This document shows positions 34,307 through 36,459 of a DNA stretch of 36,459 nucleotides, piece by piece. Within the stretch, counting starts at the first letter, position 1. Every line of letters starts with the position of its first letter. The position numbers were made by a program, and so were the translations under genes. The notes beneath the pieces were generated by a model, which worked only from the letters and a program-made list of their open reading frames with translations, did not search any database and was not told the origin of the DNA. The stretch lies in IMG/VR virus record IMGVR_UViG_3300020379_000405, positions 1-36,459 of that record. One strand, 5' to 3'. Origin of the DNA: a virus (lineage: Duplodnaviria > Caudoviricetes).

Positions 34307-34639
34307 TCAAAGCGCCGCTAAAATCTCGTCTTCTGTATAATGCTGAGATTCAAAAAACGCTCTTTTGTCAGCTTGCACAGACGCTTCATCAGCCCAAGTT
34401 GTTTCAAACTTTAGATGTAATGATTCGCCAGTTTCGCCCGAAATCATTTCTTCAATTAAATCAACATCAAAACCGAGTACTTGACCATCACCCGGATCAG
34501 AAGTTTCAATCACTTCGTATGCAATACCCATTAACAATGCATTATCTAAATTAGGTATTGCATTGTTAAGCGACAACCATCTTTGCATTTGTTCTTTAGT
34601 TAAAAGTTTTAACATACCTAAAGATGTGTAATAGGCCAT
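34307..34639 (-). CDS. Hypothetical protein (110 aa), possible fibre chaperone
   Basis: TAATG-coupled to the receptor-binding gene; acidic. Function inferred from position only. Confidence 0.55.
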   Translation of the reverse strand: MAYYTSLGMLKLLTKEQMQRWLSLNNAIPNLDNALLMGIAYEVIETSDPGDGQVLGFDVDLIEEMISGETGESLHLKFETTWADEASVQADKRAFFESQHYTEDEILAAL

Positions 34640-36186
34640 TAAACTTCTACCGCCGTTATTGACGCAGGCACATTAGAACCCCCATTTTGTTCTGGCGTTA
34701 ACGTATCAAGAGATGCCAAAGTATTGTTATAAGTAGAAAATCTTGACAAATTTGTAAACGAGAAGTTGCTGGTCACATCGCTTACTTTTGAGGAAATGTC
34801 AATGTAATCAAGCGTGTGCCCGTCAATCGAATACGTGCCAGTTCCGCTACCATCAGCAGGCAAAACAGCTACACCCCCCACAGCATATTCAAGGTTCCCC
34901 GTATGAAAACTCCAACATATATTGCCATCAGAATTTATTTTAAGTCCTGCTGACGCACCGTACCGGCTAGAACTAGCGTCAGCGGGCTCAACATCAATAG
35001 CTCTATACCATTGCGGCACTAATGAACTATTAAATTTAATTATACCTGCTCGGGCTACGTTATCTACGCTGTCGTGGTTTATGTTAAAGCCACCAGCAAA
35101 ATATAAATTACCGGAGCTATCTTCGGCGCCGTGGGTAAAGTAATTAAAACCGTTTCCGTCAAATTGGTAGGCTTTGTGAGATTGACTAACCGCTGAAGAG
35201 TTGTATTTGTGAACCAACGCTGGCGTTACTATAGATGTAGGGTCTTGGAATGCGCCTAAAGTATATGCGTTGTGTGATCCGTCAACGTACACCCCATAGT
35301 TGTAACCGCTTTTAACTGCACCATTAATATACGGCGATGCGTGGCTAAAGTTACTCCCATCCTCGTCAAACATAAGCAAATACGGAATAAAACGAGCGCC
35401 ACTATAATCGCTGTAATACGCATAACCAACACAAGCAAAACGTGCACTGCCGGAATCTATCCCAAAGTCAATAGCTTGGTTATTTGCGTTATAAATATTT
35501 GGACCAATACTAGGAATGTATTTACCGTATCTAGTTGGTGTACCAGTAAACCCGCCACTTGAATTAAGTTCTTGGCGAAACAGGCCTACAGCAGAATCCG
35601 TCGCTCCAGTAGGGTTGTTGTTTTTATAGTTGCTGTAAAGATATTCAGTGCCACTAATTGCATGAGTTTCTGCGCAAGCAACAGGTTGCAACGTCTGAGA
35701 TGAGTTGGAGTCTTCGTACACACAGTGGTCTGCGTTTATAGCACCAGTCGCATCATTTATGTCTACAAATATAGAGGGCAAATTTGTAGAAAAATTTGGT
35801 GAGTTACTGCCAAATTGACCGCCTGCTGGCATACCTGCTGCTATATAAAATTTGCCATTAGTTGTATTTTTGAAACCGCAACTTACAGGGTAGTTAGGGG
35901 TTATTACTTGCCCACTAGTTGGGCCTAAAGCTTTTGCCCACTGCAAAATACCAGTTTTATCAATAACCGCATTAAACGGGTAGGTAGAACTGGTAAGCGA
36001 ACCATCTGGTGACCCTTGGCCTTGCCACACTAAACCAATATTGTCGCTGCTATCAAGAGCCAAGCCATTGCCAACACCACTCGCATAATAATTAGTGTTG
36101 CTACTGAATATCCCAAACCAATGTTCGAGACCTCCACCACTACCTGAGGCACCTAACAAAGCTGCTTTAGATAAGCCTAACGGCAT
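34639..36186 (-). CDS. Putative receptor-binding protein, beta-propeller (515 aa)
   Basis: Short MPLG..KAALLGASGSGGG anchor. Repeated DSS.N.Y..G and K.NSS....W blades; rich in Ser, Gly, Asn and Tyr. Confidence 0.65.
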   Translation of the reverse strand: MPLGLSKAALLGASGSGGGLEHWFGIFSSNTNYYASGVGNGLALDSSDNIGLVWQGQGSPDGSLTSSTYPFNAVIDKTGILQWAKALGPTSGQVITPNYPVSCGFKNTTNGKFYIAAGMPAGGQFGSNSPNFSTNLPSIFVDINDATGAINADHCVYEDSNSSQTLQPVACAETHAISGTEYLYSNYKNNNPTGATDSAVGLFRQELNSSGGFTGTPTRYGKYIPSIGPNIYNANNQAIDFGIDSGSARFACVGYAYYSDYSGARFIPYLLMFDEDGSNFSHASPYINGAVKSGYNYGVYVDGSHNAYTLGAFQDPTSIVTPALVHKYNSSAVSQSHKAYQFDGNGFNYFTHGAEDSSGNLYFAGGFNINHDSVDNVARAGIIKFNSSLVPQWYRAIDVEPADASSSRYGASAGLKINSDGNICWSFHTGNLEYAVGGVAVLPADGSGTGTYSIDGHTLDYIDISSKVSDVTSNFSFTNLSRFSTYNNTLASLDTLTPEQNGGSNVPASITAVEV

Positions 36187-36195
36187 GTTTAATCC

Positions 36196-36459
36196 TTACT
36201 GGAAGTCTTGACCAGCTACAAACCCGTACCAAACAGGTGAAGCACCGCCATTAAACGTAACAAAACAAATAATGTCTGCCCTCGACGCAGTAGTTGTCAA
36301 CGTAGGAGCCGTACCGCCAGCCCACTTAACGTTAGTTGTAGCGCCACTAACTTGGAACACACCAGCCCGTGACCCAGAACCGTCTTGGCTCAAAATAAGA
36401 GTCAAAGCTGTGCCTGCTTGCAAACCAGAATCCGCTGGCAAAGCAAACGTCACAGTCGC
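36196..36459 (-). CDS. Tail fibre-like protein, 3' part (continuation of the gene starting at 653)
   Basis: The frame is open to the window edge and gives the same translation as 1-230; ends WYGFVAGQDFQ. Confidence 0.75.
   Translation of the reverse strand, partial: ATVTFALPADSGLQAGTALTLILSQDGSGSRAGVFQVSGATTNVKWAGGTAPTLTTTASRADIICFVTFNGGASPVWYGFVAGQDFQ
36230..36459. repeat. Terminal overlap, right copy
   Basis: Matches 1-230 at 225/230. Confidence 0.97.

Noticed and set aside
1-36459. Stop-codon reassignment, integrase/prophage features or introns
   Set aside because: Genes tile tightly under the standard code using all three stops. No recombinase, att-like repeat, host genes or interrupted core genes were seen.

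Overview
This window is an apparently complete ~36.2-kb tailed-phage genome. Positions 1-230 recur at 36230-36459 with 5 differences, giving a unit length of 36,229 bp. It has two divergent arms. A ~26-kb minus-strand late arm runs 18421 -> 1, wraps, and continues 36229 -> 28465. It encodes small basic proteins, terminase, portal, four large putative ejection proteins, scaffold, an N4-gp56/T7-type capsid, tail fibre and receptor-binding proteins, an amidase endolysin, an r1t-like holin, tail proteins and a DEDD exonuclease. A plus-strand early arm (19.6-28.5 kb) encodes a thermonuclease, two SSBs, a lysozyme-like protein, DUF932, a Cas4/AddB-like exonuclease, a Sak/Rad52 annealase and a Holliday-junction resolvase. 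The layout suggests a lytic podovirus-like phage, probably of an actinobacterium (inference). I could not recognise a DNA polymerase, primase, helicase, RNA polymerase, integrase or reverse transcriptase. The most unusual part is 18.44-21.05 kb. It holds about 1.15 kb of non-coding sequence, mostly densely folding, with a repeated 13-nt loop and a G-depleted tract. This is followed by an orphan ~374-aa gene and three covarying TARCGC-loop hairpins. A second structured motif occurs twice in early-gene leaders. All structures were paired by eye, and all product calls come from remembered family motifs, not database searches.
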